Source of the DNA: Felis catus
Lineage: Eukaryota
Direction: 5' to 3'
Length of the DNA: 64,000 bases
NCBI RefSeq assembly: GCF_018350175.1
Contig: NC_058383.1
Location: 31,002,001 to 31,066,000 of the forward strand
Under the pieces are notes generated by a model that saw nothing but the letters and a program-made list of their open reading frames with translations, did no database searches and was not told where the DNA came from. Each line of letters opens with the position of its first letter. The first letter of the stretch is position 1. A program made the translations under genes and the position numbers. Positions 62,687 to 64,000 of the stretch are shown in pieces.

Positions 62687-64000
62687 ATAGTAGTCACACA
62701 TATTGGGAGACGGGCACCACACCAGTCAGCGATTGACAGCACGGTCACAGTCTGTCACAGACAAGGAAGTGTCCTCTCAACCTTCTGAGGAGCTCCTCTT
62801 ATCTCACCATTTGACAGGTGGTAAAACTGAGGCTGGGTCACATCACATCCCAGCCAAGGGCATGCAGCGAGTAAGGTAGAGCGTCAGGATTCGGCCTTAG
62901 ACTGACCGATTCCATGGCCAAAGCTCTCAACCATCACATAAAGGATCCCCCAAAAAAGGGCAACGTTTTTCAATTTAGCTTTACCATTTAGAAGCAATTT
63001 TTACACAGGGGGGAAAAATCCAGTGCTCTATATCATAAGAAAAATGTGTGATTACCACTTAGGTGGGCCCTCCACCCGAGGCCCCACCAAACATTATAAT
63101 TAGATCCACTAGTAAATTGCCACAACAAATCTGGAAGGAGAAACGTGACTGTTCTTTTGGGAACACAAAACTGTCACTTCCAATTAAGTAACAGTAACAA
63201 ATGGTGAGAAATGTGGCTCCTGGAGCTACGCGCATCTGTGTTTGCACATGAACCAGCCACCCTCCCGTGCGAGCGCGCCCGCATCGTTCCCTCCAGCCGC
63301 AGCCAATTCTCAGAGACGGGGGACGGGTTCTCAAAAATGGTAAAACCATCTTTCATTTACACAATACTGTCCCAGTCAATACTGAGAGGAAGATTTTTGC
63401 TTCTAGGAGGCACAAGAAACTCTGTTTAGCGCGTGTGACTTTTGTGATTGTATGAAGGAAAAAACAGAATCTTCTTCACTCTCAGAGCTAGACCCACTTG
63501 ATCACCCTGAGGGGGCAAGAGGAACCTCCAGGGTCATATTCAGGTTACCCAGCAACCTCCCATCCTGTGAGACCCTCAGCCCCATGTATTCTCAGCTACT
63601 CATTCATCAACTCATCACAAGGCATCGGAGTTATTATCTGTCTGCAAAGGAGACGCCAGGCATGAGACAGACACCAAGAGCCAGGCGGTAGAGTGGGAGA
63701 AGGCTGGGGCTCAGGGGTCGGCAGGGCCAGACGGGAACCCTGCCCCCAGCACTCGCTCTACCAGCTACGTGACCACCTGGGTGAGGGGACTGGGCTGTGG
63801 TTACGTGCAGCACACGTCCCATAGTGACATCAAACGCACAGTTCATGCACGTGCAGTTAGGTGCACGCGCCGGTGTGTACATGATACACCAGACCCACAA
63901 CGAGAGAGAAAGGAGAAAGGAACACCACTACCGGGTGCCACCCCACGTTTCCGCTCGTCGTGCTCGGGCGCCAGGACGTGTGCACAAGAGACGCGTGGCC

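Overview
Mammalian genomic DNA, almost certainly from a felid (nine carnivore tRNA-derived Can-SINEs, two of a young SINEC_Fc-type, plus a felid-type L1 3' UTR). It is not prokaryotic and has no operon or CRISPR system. The window lies inside the large gene SNX29 on the minus strand. It holds one recognisable coding exon (39192-39298, ...AVPNLWNVDGEVAVTEQKPGEVAEELASSYERKLIE) flanked by at least 39 kb and about 25 kb of intron. The introns contain Can-SINEs, MIR, L2, old L1M fragments, MaLR/ERV LTRs, and MER20/MER58/MER5/Tigger DNA transposon relics. The most notable elements are: a full-length U6 snRNA copy fused to a 5'-truncated L1 (61606-~62686); a gap-free 12 x 31-bp minisatellite; a dispersed ~145-bp direct duplication; a near-identical inverted pair of young SINEs; and candidate recursive or cryptic splice sites. 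Nearly all ORFs in the supplied track are chance ORFs in GC-rich intron or repeat sequence. I find no convincing evidence of a wholly new biological system. Repeat family names come from remembered consensus motifs, not from a RepeatMasker run, and boundaries of old repeats are approximate.
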